From contig CBDFIJ010000004.1 of the NCBI GenBank assembly GCA_965248055.1, positions 1,024,001-1,088,000 of the forward strand: 64,000 nucleotides of DNA, read 5' to 3'. The notes below the pieces were generated by a model. That model saw nothing but the letters and a program-made list of their open reading frames with translations. It had not been told where the DNA came from and did no database searches. The position numbers were made by a program, and so were the translations under genes. Source of the stretch: Candidatus Multivoradales bacterium (GTDB lineage Bacteria > Acidobacteriota > Thermoanaerobaculia > Multivoradales > JAHEKO01). This document shows, piece after piece, positions 1 through 8,803 of this stretch. How positions within the stretch are numbered: position 1 is the first letter of the stretch; each line of letters starts with the position of its first letter.

Positions 1-522
1 ACCGATCGAGCGAACCTCCAAGACGTTGATCCCGGATGCTTTCTCGGCCTCGTTGGCGGCCAGAGCAGCGTACGGAGCGGGTTCCACCTCCAGCACATAT
101 AGCGTCTGCCCTGGAATAATCATCTGCCCATGCCGCATGCGATTCACCAATTGCGCTTGGTGGTCGTCAATCGCCCGCACGATTTGGCTAGAAAGCACTT
201 TGGGTTTGATTCGGTCACTCTCCTTCAAGCCAATGTCAGCCAAGATCGCCTCGCCCGCAGCGCGAGTCTCGGCTTGGTCCTCCGAATGGACTTCAAGTAA
301 CCCGTAGTAACGCTCGACGACCTGCATCCCCGGGCGAACCCGGGTTGACTTCAGCGCCACATCGGTCAGCCGATTAATTTCGATTCCCGGTGAAATTTCT
401 ACATATAACGAACAATCCCCGGCCAAAGGTAAGAACCCTTGTGCCACGGTGCCCATAAAAGCAGCGTATTGCGGCTGCAAGCTGTCCAAAAATACGTACG
501 ATCGAAGATCAATATCCGCCAC
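1..522 (-). CDS. BMC shell protein, tandem-domain BMC-T (CcmP/CsoS1D-like); runs off the window, not in ORF track
   Basis: Manual translation from GTG at 522 (purine-rich SD AAAGGATGGGG): [79 protein letters not shown], matching the CcmP/CsoS1D-type BMC-T pattern; overlaps the deoC stop. Confidence 0.9.
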   Translation of the reverse strand, partial: MADIDLRSYVFLDSLQPQYAAFMGTVAQGFLPLAGDCSLYVEISPGIEINRLTDVALKSTRVRPGMQVVERYYGLLEVHSEDQAETRAAGEAILADIGLKESDRIKPKVLSSQIVRAIDDHQAQLVNRMRHGQMIIPGQTLYVLEVEPAPYAALAANEAEKASGINVLEVRSIG

Positions 523-1402
523 TTGCCCCATCCTTTCGAGAAACAATGTCCTTTCCGGAGACAATCGAAATTCCTGCTGACGCGCCGATGCGGGTCGCGC
601 CAACATTGATGAACTCGCGGACCTGTTCCGCGGTACTAATTCCACCCGACGCCTTGACCTCAAGGTCACCACCCACCGCTTCGTGCATCAACGCCACGTC
701 ATACAACTCTGCACCACCGTTGCCGAAACCGGTCGAAGTCTTGACGAAGTTGGCTTTCGCCGATTTGGCCAACCGCGACGCGACGACCTTTTCCTCATCG
801 GTTAACAATCCGGTCTCCAAAATCACCTTGCAGGTGGCGCCAACTTCGCGACAGGCGTCGGCAACCTTAGCGATGTCCTGCTCGACCGCTTGGTAATCAC
901 CACTTTTCAGAGCGCCAATGTTGATCACCATGTCGATCTCACGTGCACCATCGCGCAACGCCTTGCGGGTTTCCATCGCTTTGATCTCGGTGCTGTGGGC
1001 ACCCGAGGGAAACCCAACCACCGACGCCACCCGCACCGGAGAATTGCGCGTGCGCGAAGCCGCTCGGGCAACCCAAAACGGGTTGACACAGACCGCGGCA
1101 AAGCCGTAATGCTTAGCCTCATCACACAGTTGGTCGATATCGGCGGCTGTTGCACTGGGCTTCAACAGGGTGTGGTCGATGTATTGCGCCAAATCAGACG
1201 GTACCCGACCTCCCTCTCCGTTATAGGACACACGGCGCGCACCGGTGTGGACGATCGCTCGCACCTTGTCCGAACAACAGGCGGCACAACTGCCCTCGCA
1301 GTCACTGCATTCACCTTCACTGCATTCACCCCCACTGTCTGCGCCCAGCGCGGCTAGAACTTTTTCGGTGATCTGGTTGATCAATTGCTCTCGGTCACTC
1401 AC
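509..1402 (-). CDS. deoC: Deoxyribose-phosphate aldolase with N-terminal encapsulation peptide and Cys-rich linker
   Basis: [43 protein letters not shown] motifs; ~70-aa N-terminal extension. Confidence 0.95.
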   Translation of the reverse strand: MSDREQLINQITEKVLAALGADSGGECSEGECSDCEGSCAACCSDKVRAIVHTGARRVSYNGEGGRVPSDLAQYIDHTLLKPSATAADIDQLCDEAKHYGFAAVCVNPFWVARAASRTRNSPVRVASVVGFPSGAHSTEIKAMETRKALRDGAREIDMVINIGALKSGDYQAVEQDIAKVADACREVGATCKVILETGLLTDEEKVVASRLAKSAKANFVKTSTGFGNGGAELYDVALMHEAVGGDLEVKASGGISTAEQVREFINVGATRIGASAGISIVSGKDIVSRKDGASGGY

Positions 1403-1405
1403 GGT

Positions 1406-2008
1406 TTACCTCGCGCCATAGGTGCGCTCAAGTTCGTCAATCTTAGCGACTCGCAGTGCGTGGCGCCCAGGACCGTGCGGTGTCGCCAGCCAAGTGTCGA
1501 CAATCTGCAAAGCCAGGCCCCTGCCGATCAGCCCGGCACCAAGGGTCAAGACGTTGGCGTGGTTGTGTTCGCGGCTGTTGCGCGCCGAAGAAATGTCATA
1601 ACAGAGGGCCGCGCGCACACCGGGCACCTTGTTGGCGGCCATCGCTGATCCAATACCCGCACCGTCAACCACTATTCCAGCGGTTGCGGACCCGTTCGCC
1701 ACTTTCTGCGCTACTGCGTGCGCCATATCTGGATAATCCACCGCTTCCGGCCCGTTGGTACCGCAATCGATCACCCGGTGTCCGGTGTCGGCTAGGTGCG
1801 CCGCAATGGTGTCTTTCAATTCGAATCCGCCATGGTCTGCCCCGACCGCGACCACCAAGTCACCCCCACCATTGACCTGCTGCGTTGTGGACACACCAGC
1901 AGCGGCCACGGAGGCGATCGGCCCGGTCTCTGAGGCGACTTCCGAGGCGATGCTCTCGGCTACTGCCTGAGCTACTAACTCTCGAATTCGATCTGGATCA
2001 GGTTTCAG
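1406..2008 (-). CDS. rpiB: Ribose-5-phosphate isomerase B with probable N-terminal encapsulation peptide (CTG start proposed; ORF track starts at 1909)
   Basis: GADHGG, DYPD, DGAGIGSAMAANKVPGVRAA, SREHNHANVL, GRHALRV motifs; frame open to CTG at 2008 with GGAG upstream. Confidence 0.9.
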   Translation of the reverse strand: MKPDPDRIRELVAQAVAESIASEVASETGPIASVAAAGVSTTQQVNGGGDLVVAVGADHGGFELKDTIAAHLADTGHRVIDCGTNGPEAVDYPDMAHAVAQKVANGSATAGIVVDGAGIGSAMAANKVPGVRAALCYDISSARNSREHNHANVLTLGAGLIGRGLALQIVDTWLATPHGPGRHALRVAKIDELERTYGAR

Positions 2009-2033
2009 CGTTGACTCCGTTCATTACAAGACT

Positions 2034-2092
2034 TATTTACCACAGGACCTATTTGCCACAGGACCTATTTGCCACAGGACCTATTTACCACA
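2034..2092. repeat. 16-bp tandem repeat TATTTRCCACAGGACC x ~3.7 upstream of BMC operon
   Basis: Units start at 2034, 2050, 2066, 2082 (last partial). Confidence 0.9.
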
Positions 2093-2142
2093 CCCTTAAC
2101 AATAATGTTTATCTAATATCCGCTGCGACTCCCGCAAAACCG

Positions 2143-4212
2143 TCATGAGAGGTCTGGAGCCGCGGTTCGAATCGCCCCCAATTGGTCAATCTGCTCCAGT
2201 TTCAACCCGCTGTAGTAGTGATCCAAAATCTCGGTAAAACCGGACCCGCGAAGCGCCATCCGGTAGGCACCCCGCTGACACATCCCCACCCCGTGCCCCC
2301 AACCGCGACCACTGAAAACCCAACCCGGCGCCTGTTGGCTGCCACTACTACGACGCACCCGAAACCAAGTCTCCGGGATATCCAAGAACCAGCGGATCGA
2401 CAACCCTTTGAGCTCGCGGGTCTCTCCGCCGGTGCCATGCAACTTAAAGGTCTTCAAACGGCCGGAAACCCCCCGCTCGCCGAGCTCGAAAGAACGATAA
2501 CCAAAACCCGGAAATTCGGCGCTGGCTCGACGCGCCAAATCGCTGTCACTGCGGTGCTCACTCCATACCTTGGTCCCCGGTGCCCGGCTGGCATTACGAC
2601 TACTACGGGCTGGGATCAACGCCGCCACCGGATCACCCTCCACCAGCACCACGCGCACCGGATCCCCGGCCGCCAAGAGGCCATCGCCAGGGGCCTGCCA
2701 GTGCCACACCGTATCCCCAGGAAGGAGTAGATCTCCCTGCGCCGAACCCTGGGTTTGCACCTTGAAAGCAGCTTGGCTGCGAGCGACGAATTTGGTCGAC
2801 TGCTCGACCACCAGTGCCACCTCTTGAGCGACTTGATAGAGGATTCGGCGCAGATCGGCCAACAGTACGTGCTTACTCCCCTTGGGCAAACGCCGCAGAG
2901 AACCCGCCAATGGCTGATGATCATCAGCCACGGTTGCCGAAAACCAAGCCGGATCGGCGACCAGGTCGAGTACCGAGCCAAGAAAGCGGCGCACCTCGGA
3001 ACCGATAAAACTCTCTAGGCGATCTTCACCCGGGGTTAGACCCGCCTTCTTCATCAATCGGCGAAAGGATTCGCCCACCTCCCGTGGGCTCGATCCCAGA
3101 TCGCCGATCAGCCTACGCATGACTCGGCTCTCGATCACCGTCCAATCGCCCCGCCGACCGATTGAAACTAGGCCCCCTTCAATGCAGGGCACCCCACGAA
3201 GATAAGAATGGTGCTTGGCCGGAAAGACGGTTGCGACATCCTCGGTGTGACCACCGCAGGTCGCGGTATACAGAGTGTCTGCGGGGCGCCGGTCGGCGGT
3301 CACCAGTACCAGTCCGGCGGTTTCGCTCACCGCCTGATTCGACAACGGCTGTTCCGCCCCTAAACCTCCAAACACCTGGCAACGCGGCGTCGCACAAACA
3401 TCAAAGCCCTCAGCGGCAAACTCGCCCAAGTTGTGCAGTACATAGGATCGGGCGGCTACCGCCAACGCCTTGAGAGCATCCAGGTCGTTGTAGATTTTCG
3501 GCCCCATTTCCCGGGGCACCACGCCCCGCAGGTAATTCTCCAACTCGGTCACCAACACCACATTGATCGAGCCCCGGCGATTCAAGGTCAGTTGCAAACC
3601 GCCACGATAAGTGCCCCCGGCCCAAGCCATAGGCCCACCGTCGGACCGCCGGACCACAACGGTGGTACCCGCCTTTTGCGCTCGGGAACCGGTAATTTGT
3701 AGACCCGCGTTGGCGATCTCACCGATCTCTTCGACCACCCAAGCGTCACGACCGCGGGCGCTCAGACGAGCCTGAGCGGCGACCGCGTCCTGACGTTGGT
3801 GCCAAATCCCCAACCGAACCCGCGTTAGTCCGGTCTCAGCATCGAAAGCGAGATCCGACGATAGACCGGTGAAACGCTCCAAGTCCTCAGCAAGTCGTTG
3901 CGCTTGCGCGGGCTCACGCAGCGCCGCAATTTGCAATCGGTAGCTCCAAGCCCGGACTACATCTCCTGTTGGCCGTACCACCAAATGCGATCCTTGATCG
4001 ACAACCTGACCTCCGGCGATCACTTCCATGGCGTGGCGACCGGCCAACACCACCTCCCGCACATCGGTCGCCAACCCCACCCGGAGTTGAAATTCTTGAG
4101 GCTCGCCTTCGAGCGCCGGCCAAAGCGGGCGCGAGACAACTAGGCCCAGGTAAGCCACAGCACAAACAACCGCGAAGCGAATCACGGGGCGGCGTTGGAA
4201 AAAGATTCTCAA
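2143..4212 (-). CDS. SpoIID/LytB-domain protein with SPOR domain (peptidoglycan lytic transglycosylase family)
   Basis: LENYLRGVVPREM, LKALAVAARSY, CATPRCQVF, YTATCGGHTE, GRGWGHGVGMCQRGA. Confidence 0.9.
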   Translation of the reverse strand: MRIFFQRRPVIRFAVVCAVAYLGLVVSRPLWPALEGEPQEFQLRVGLATDVREVVLAGRHAMEVIAGGQVVDQGSHLVVRPTGDVVRAWSYRLQIAALREPAQAQRLAEDLERFTGLSSDLAFDAETGLTRVRLGIWHQRQDAVAAQARLSARGRDAWVVEEIGEIANAGLQITGSRAQKAGTTVVVRRSDGGPMAWAGGTYRGGLQLTLNRRGSINVVLVTELENYLRGVVPREMGPKIYNDLDALKALAVAARSYVLHNLGEFAAEGFDVCATPRCQVFGGLGAEQPLSNQAVSETAGLVLVTADRRPADTLYTATCGGHTEDVATVFPAKHHSYLRGVPCIEGGLVSIGRRGDWTVIESRVMRRLIGDLGSSPREVGESFRRLMKKAGLTPGEDRLESFIGSEVRRFLGSVLDLVADPAWFSATVADDHQPLAGSLRRLPKGSKHVLLADLRRILYQVAQEVALVVEQSTKFVARSQAAFKVQTQGSAQGDLLLPGDTVWHWQAPGDGLLAAGDPVRVVLVEGDPVAALIPARSSRNASRAPGTKVWSEHRSDSDLARRASAEFPGFGYRSFELGERGVSGRLKTFKLHGTGGETRELKGLSIRWFLDIPETWFRVRRSSGSQQAPGWVFSGRGWGHGVGMCQRGAYRMALRGSGFTEILDHYYSGLKLEQIDQLGAIRTAAPDLS

Positions 4213-5267
4213 GGCTTATTTTCGACTGCAGGACTGTTTGAGGTAACGGTTACTGTGCCTTGATTCACTGCGTCTCGATCTACTGTGTCTCTATTGACTG
4301 TGTCTTGATTTCCTGCATCTTGATTCACTGGGTCTTGATTCACTGGGTCTTGATCTCGTGCCAGAGCGATTGCCGCGCCCCATACCAACAGCACCACCGC
4401 ACCCATAGCGAGCGCCTGGATCACTCCCGAAACAATTTGACCCACTACTACCGCCACCAGATTGGAGCCGGCGAACATCTGCACCGACCAGCTCAAGAGC
4501 AGCACCGGCACCGACGCCGCAAGCATGACGAGAAAGGCAATGCCGATCATCATCAACCACGCACCGCCACGGCGGATAAAACTGCGCGACCCACGGCGAA
4601 TCGCCTGGCCTAGCGGCAAGAACGGGAGGTGCATCTCGACCACCCACCACCACAGCCAGAGCAGTAACAGCAAGGTCGACACGATCAAGACGGCCAAGCA
4701 GCCCGCAACTAGCGCCGTCCCGCGCATGCCTCCCATCAGCATTCCCATCAAGAAAAACGGCACCATCGAAACCAGCACCAAAGTGACAGCGACCGGCACC
4801 CGCCAAATCAACAGCCGCCACACAAGCTGTCCACCCCAGCCGAAGAACTCACCCCAGTTGAAGGTTTCAAACCAGTCTGCAGTCAAAGCTTGGGTCGCCG
4901 TCGCCTGCGAGGGCGCCTGACGATCGCCCGCGGCCAGTGTGCCCAAGACACCGCCGTCGAGGAAGGTCTGAATCAAGACTTGGATCAAGCCACCGAGCAA
5001 CAACACCGCCACCGCCCAGGGGAGTTCGGCAGGCAAGTGCTGCAAAGACATCCACCGCGGCAACGCATCGACCAACCCCTCGGAATTCCCCGACATCATG
5101 TCCAGATACAAGTCCCCCAGCCCCAGGAGTTTCAGCGCCGGGATCAGGGTCGCCGCAATCACCGCCATCGATAACAGACTCTTGAGTAACACCGTCCAGA
5201 GGAGCCGGTGATTGCCGCGCAAGTTCAGTGCGCCTCGCTCAAAGCAGGAAATCGTGCCGCGTCGCAT
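4209..5267 (-). CDS. Multi-pass membrane protein with C-terminal pentapeptide repeats
   Basis: Several hydrophobic segments; tight packing with neighbours. Confidence 0.7.
   Translation of the reverse strand: MRRGTISCFERGALNLRGNHRLLWTVLLKSLLSMAVIAATLIPALKLLGLGDLYLDMMSGNSEGLVDALPRWMSLQHLPAELPWAVAVLLLGGLIQVLIQTFLDGGVLGTLAAGDRQAPSQATATQALTADWFETFNWGEFFGWGGQLVWRLLIWRVPVAVTLVLVSMVPFFLMGMLMGGMRGTALVAGCLAVLIVSTLLLLLWLWWWVVEMHLPFLPLGQAIRRGSRSFIRRGGAWLMMIGIAFLVMLAASVPVLLLSWSVQMFAGSNLVAVVVGQIVSGVIQALAMGAVVLLVWGAAIALARDQDPVNQDPVNQDAGNQDTVNRDTVDRDAVNQGTVTVTSNSPAVENKP
4255..4354 (-). repeat. In-frame 15-bp tandem repeat (QDPVN/QDAGN/RDTVD x ~7)
   Basis: Repeated ttgattcactgggtc-like units. Confidence 0.85.
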
Positions 5268-5270
5268 GCT

Positions 5271-6122
5271 CTATTTCAGGCTGTTCGCCGCTTTCTGTCC
5301 AGAAACCTCGCGCCGATAATCTTCCGACCAAACCTGAATCGGGCGCACCATCTCAAACATGCGGCTCAATAGCCGCTGCGGAATGCGAGCAGCCAAGTTG
5401 CTCTTGTTGAAATCTTGGTCCTGCGCTGATGGTTCGCGATCCAAGGATTCTTCGAACCCGGTCTGAGTATCCATCTGCTCCGGCTTGGGCATCGGATAGT
5501 TGGAAGTAAAGATGGTTGGCAGCCGTGCGTTGTAGCGCGTGTTGATCAGTAGGTCGAGTTGTTCCAAGGCCCAAGGACGAGGTGTCTGAGCACCAAGCTC
5601 GTCCAAGACCAGCAACTCTGCACGCAACGCCGGGTCCAAAATCTTGCCTCGATTGGGTCCACCATTGTTGCCAAAGGTTGCCTGAATACTGTGGATCAAA
5701 GAGGCGAAGTCGACGAAGTGAGCGCGCACCTGGTAGCGCTTAACCAACTCGTGAAGGATGGCCACCGCCAAATGGGTCTTGCCGGTGCCCGGAGGCCCCC
5801 AAAATAACAGGCCGGTATCGGTAAAGGTGCCATCCCTACGAATGAAACGTTCGACATAGCGCTCGGCCAAGGTTTTGGCCTCCAGCAAGCTCTTGTGGTG
5901 ACCTGGCTTGTGATGATTGGGATCAAAATTCTCCAAGGTGCAGTTGCGGTGCCGAACCGGCACTCCCGACGCAGCCAGAGCGCCCGCCAAAAGCGACTTC
6001 TCCCGGCACTCACAAGGCTCCGCGGCCCCCGCTTCGCCGTCGTCTACCACCACCCAACCCAGACCGCCACACTTGAGGCAGTTCTCGGTCTCTACTGTTG
6101 AATCAACGCCTCCCTTTTGCAC
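5271..6122 (-). CDS. DnaC/DnaI-like helicase-loader AAA+ ATPase (IstB-like domain) with N-terminal Zn finger
   Basis: CLKCGG...CEC Zn motif, GPPGTGKTHLA Walker A, LLVLDELG Walker B, RLPTIFTSN. Confidence 0.85.
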   Translation of the reverse strand: MQKGGVDSTVETENCLKCGGLGWVVVDDGEAGAAEPCECREKSLLAGALAASGVPVRHRNCTLENFDPNHHKPGHHKSLLEAKTLAERYVERFIRRDGTFTDTGLLFWGPPGTGKTHLAVAILHELVKRYQVRAHFVDFASLIHSIQATFGNNGGPNRGKILDPALRAELLVLDELGAQTPRPWALEQLDLLINTRYNARLPTIFTSNYPMPKPEQMDTQTGFEESLDREPSAQDQDFNKSNLAARIPQRLLSRMFEMVRPIQVWSEDYRREVSGQKAANSLK

Positions 6123-6192
6123 GGTTGGATGCTAACAGAGGAAAGATCCCATTCGCGCACTAGAATTCCCCGATGAGCAGACTTCAAAACCG

Positions 6193-6933
6193 GTGGTTGT
6201 GATTTCTCTTTTGGCGGTGACCTCCGGGTTGATCGGCCATCCACGACTCAAGCCCGATGAAGTCGACCTAACCCATAGCGCCACGCTCTTGGCCCGATCT
6301 ATCGCTTACCACGACCCCGGCGGGCGCTGGGGCCAAACCCCGCTGGCACTCGGGTTTGAAGAGACCCGCCCCGATGGCTCGGCGCGCCACACCAGCGTGG
6401 TCCTTGACCCAGTCCATCAGCGCTTTGAGTGGAGTTCACAGCGCGGTGAAGATCTGTTGCAAGGGTCGCTGAACGAGGGCGAATGCACGGTCACTCTCAA
6501 CGGCTCGGCTACGTTTTCTGCAGCCCAGCGTGACACCTACAGCCTCGACTGCGATCGCGTCACCCTCTATCGCGACTACTACAGCTACCTGTGGGGACTG
6601 CCGATGAAACTGCGCGACCCCGGTACTCGCCTGGATCCTGAGGTTCGAGACACCGAGTTCAACCGGCAACAGGTTAAGAGCATCCGCGTCACCTACGACC
6701 AGGAAGTCGGTAGTGACACCTGGTATTTCTACTTTGACCCGGAATCCGCCCGGTTAGTCGGATACCGCTTCTTCCACGATCAAGCGGCCAACGATGGTGA
6801 GTACATCTTTCTGCAGGGTGAACTCAAAGCCGAAGGACTACGCCTGCCGATGTCGAGAACTTGGTATACCAATGCCGAAGATCAGTTGCTGGGAACCGAT
6901 ACTTTGGTTGAGTTGGTTGCGGAAGCTGAGTGA
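6193..6933 (+). CDS. Exported hypothetical protein (DUF6503-like)
   Basis: SIAYHDPGGRW, YYSYLWGLPMKLRDPG, GSDTWYFYFD patterns; family recalled, not searched. Confidence 0.65.
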   Translation: MVVISLLAVTSGLIGHPRLKPDEVDLTHSATLLARSIAYHDPGGRWGQTPLALGFEETRPDGSARHTSVVLDPVHQRFEWSSQRGEDLLQGSLNEGECTVTLNGSATFSAAQRDTYSLDCDRVTLYRDYYSYLWGLPMKLRDPGTRLDPEVRDTEFNRQQVKSIRVTYDQEVGSDTWYFYFDPESARLVGYRFFHDQAANDGEYIFLQGELKAEGLRLPMSRTWYTNAEDQLLGTDTLVELVAEAE

Positions 6934-6959
6934 ATAGATTGTTCCTCCGCGTCGAGACC

Positions 6960-8155
6960 TGACAGCGCGCGGGAGCCCGCAAGGGGCTCCTACATTGACC
7001 TCGCACATCCTGAATTGCCGGAACGCAAGGAGCTGGAGATTCAGCCAACATCGAGATCCTTCGACTCGGGCTACGCCCTCGCTCAGGATGACAACGGAAG
7101 AGGTAGCTCCCCACGCCGCTATCCAGCATGCAACGAAATGCCTTCATCGGAGCGAGCTGTCCACGATCCCAATGAACTAACCCGGCCTGCTCTTCGTCGG
7201 GGAGGGGCAAGTTCAAACGGCCCTACACGCCGGGGTTATCCTGAGTGGCCGAAGCGTGCAGCTCTACCCCGTAGTCACCCTGAACGGACTATCCAAGGCC
7301 CCAAATGAACTAACCCGGCTGTTCTTCGTCGGAGAGGGGATTGCCCCCTCCCGCACCCTTTCACTGTGGTGGTCCAGAGCGACCGAAGCGTACAGCTCTA
7401 CCCCGTAGTCACCCTGAACGGGCTATCCAAAGTCCCAAAATGAACTAACCCGGCGCTGTTCTTCGTCGGAGAGGGGATTGCCCCACCCGCACCATTCCAC
7501 CGCAGTGGTCCAGAGCGACCGAAGCGTATTGCTCTACCCCGTCGTCATTCTGAGCGAACCAGTCATCCGCTCAGCACCCATTCCACCCGTGGTCATCCTG
7601 AGCGACCCCGAGTCCGCGAGGGAGAGTCGAAGGATCTCAACTTCACAGCGCACACTCTTTCTGCAGAGGGCAGCATTGTCGCGACCCGAACTGAGGAAGG
7701 CAAAAAACGGGAACCCCCAAGGGGATCCCCTACATCGTCTTCCAACGTCAGGTGAATCGCCGAAACGGAGAACCATTCGCCAGCATCGAGATTCTTCGAC
7801 TCGGGCTACGCCCCTCGCTCAGGATGACAACGGAAGAGGTAGCTCGCCACCCCGGTACCCAGCATGCAACGAGTTGCCTTCATCGAAGCGAGCTGTCCAC
7901 GATCCAAATGAACTAACCCGGGCTGTTTCTTCATAAGAGAGGGCTTGTCCCCTCTCACACCCCTCCACCGCGGTCGTCCCGATCGACCGAAGCGTACAGC
8001 TCTACTCCGTTGTCATCCTGAGCGACCCCGAGTCCGCGAGGGTGAAGTCGAAGGATCTCAACTGCACCGCGTACACTTCTTCTGGAGAAGGCAGCATTGT
8101 CGCGCCACTAACTCAAGAGGACAGAACGGGAACCTACGAGGGCGCCCCTACATTT
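6960..8155. repeat. Mosaic of REP-like palindromes (GTCATCCTGAGCGA..GATCT type and ..CCCCTAC type) with internal duplications
   Basis: 7045-7200 duplicated at ~7780-7930; 7590-7735 duplicated at ~8010-8152; AATGAACTAACCCGG occurs 4 times. Confidence 0.85.
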
Positions 8156-8190
8156 CTTTTTCTTGGTGGCTTCGTAGGTGCGAGAACCGA

Positions 8191-8565
8191 CTAACGCCGC
8201 ACCAAAGGACCCGCGTCAATCTCCACCAACGCATGACGCCGATCGACGCCTGCCCTACGATCGCCCATCTCCTGACGGACAAACTCGGACATCCGTTCGA
8301 CCTCGGCTTCTAGCTGGTCGATTCGCGCTTGGAGTTTGAGGATGACGTCGACGCCGGCTAGGTTGACGCCCATGTCACGGGTGAGGGTAAGGACGGTTTC
8401 TAAGCGCTTGAGAGTGTCGTCGTCGTAGAGGCGGGTGTTGCCGTCGCTGCGCGGTGGGTCGATCAAGCCTTCGCGCTCGTAGAGCCGCAAGGTTTGAGGG
8501 TGGATGTCGAAGCGTTCAGCGACGACGCTGATCATCACCGTTGTTTGTCGCTTTCTTTTCACCAT
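8191..8565 (-). CDS. hspR: MerR-family heat-shock repressor HspR
   Basis: ISVVAERFDIHPQTLRLYEREGLIDPPRSDGNTRLY, GVNLAGV; directly downstream of dnaK. Confidence 0.85.
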   Translation of the reverse strand: MVKRKRQTTVMISVVAERFDIHPQTLRLYEREGLIDPPRSDGNTRLYDDDTLKRLETVLTLTRDMGVNLAGVDVILKLQARIDQLEAEVERMSEFVRQEMGDRRAGVDRRHALVEIDAGPLVRR

Positions 8566-8803
8566 GATGACGGCCTCGCTTTGTCCGGTTGTCCGATCGG
8601 TCTAGATGCCAGTCTAGCTTGCAGCTCCTGGGTCACCTGTTGCTCATGCCTGAAGCAAGAGAATCAAGAGGAGCGATTGTTAGCCAACCGCCCCTCGAAT
8701 GATTCACTCCTGTTCGGGAAGCCTGCTCAGGAAGCCTAGTCAGCCAGCCCAATCGGCCAGTGCCAGTCGGCCAGCCTCACCGACCAGCGACCCGGTAATC
8801 GAG

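Noticed and set aside
2034-2092. DnaA boxes / replication origin
   Set aside because: TTTRCCACA does not fit TTATNCACA and there is no dnaA/oriC context
5271-6122. IS21 IstB helper / mobile element
   Set aside because: No IstA transposase or terminal repeats; has a Zn finger and is packed with housekeeping genes, fitting a DnaC/DnaI-like loader
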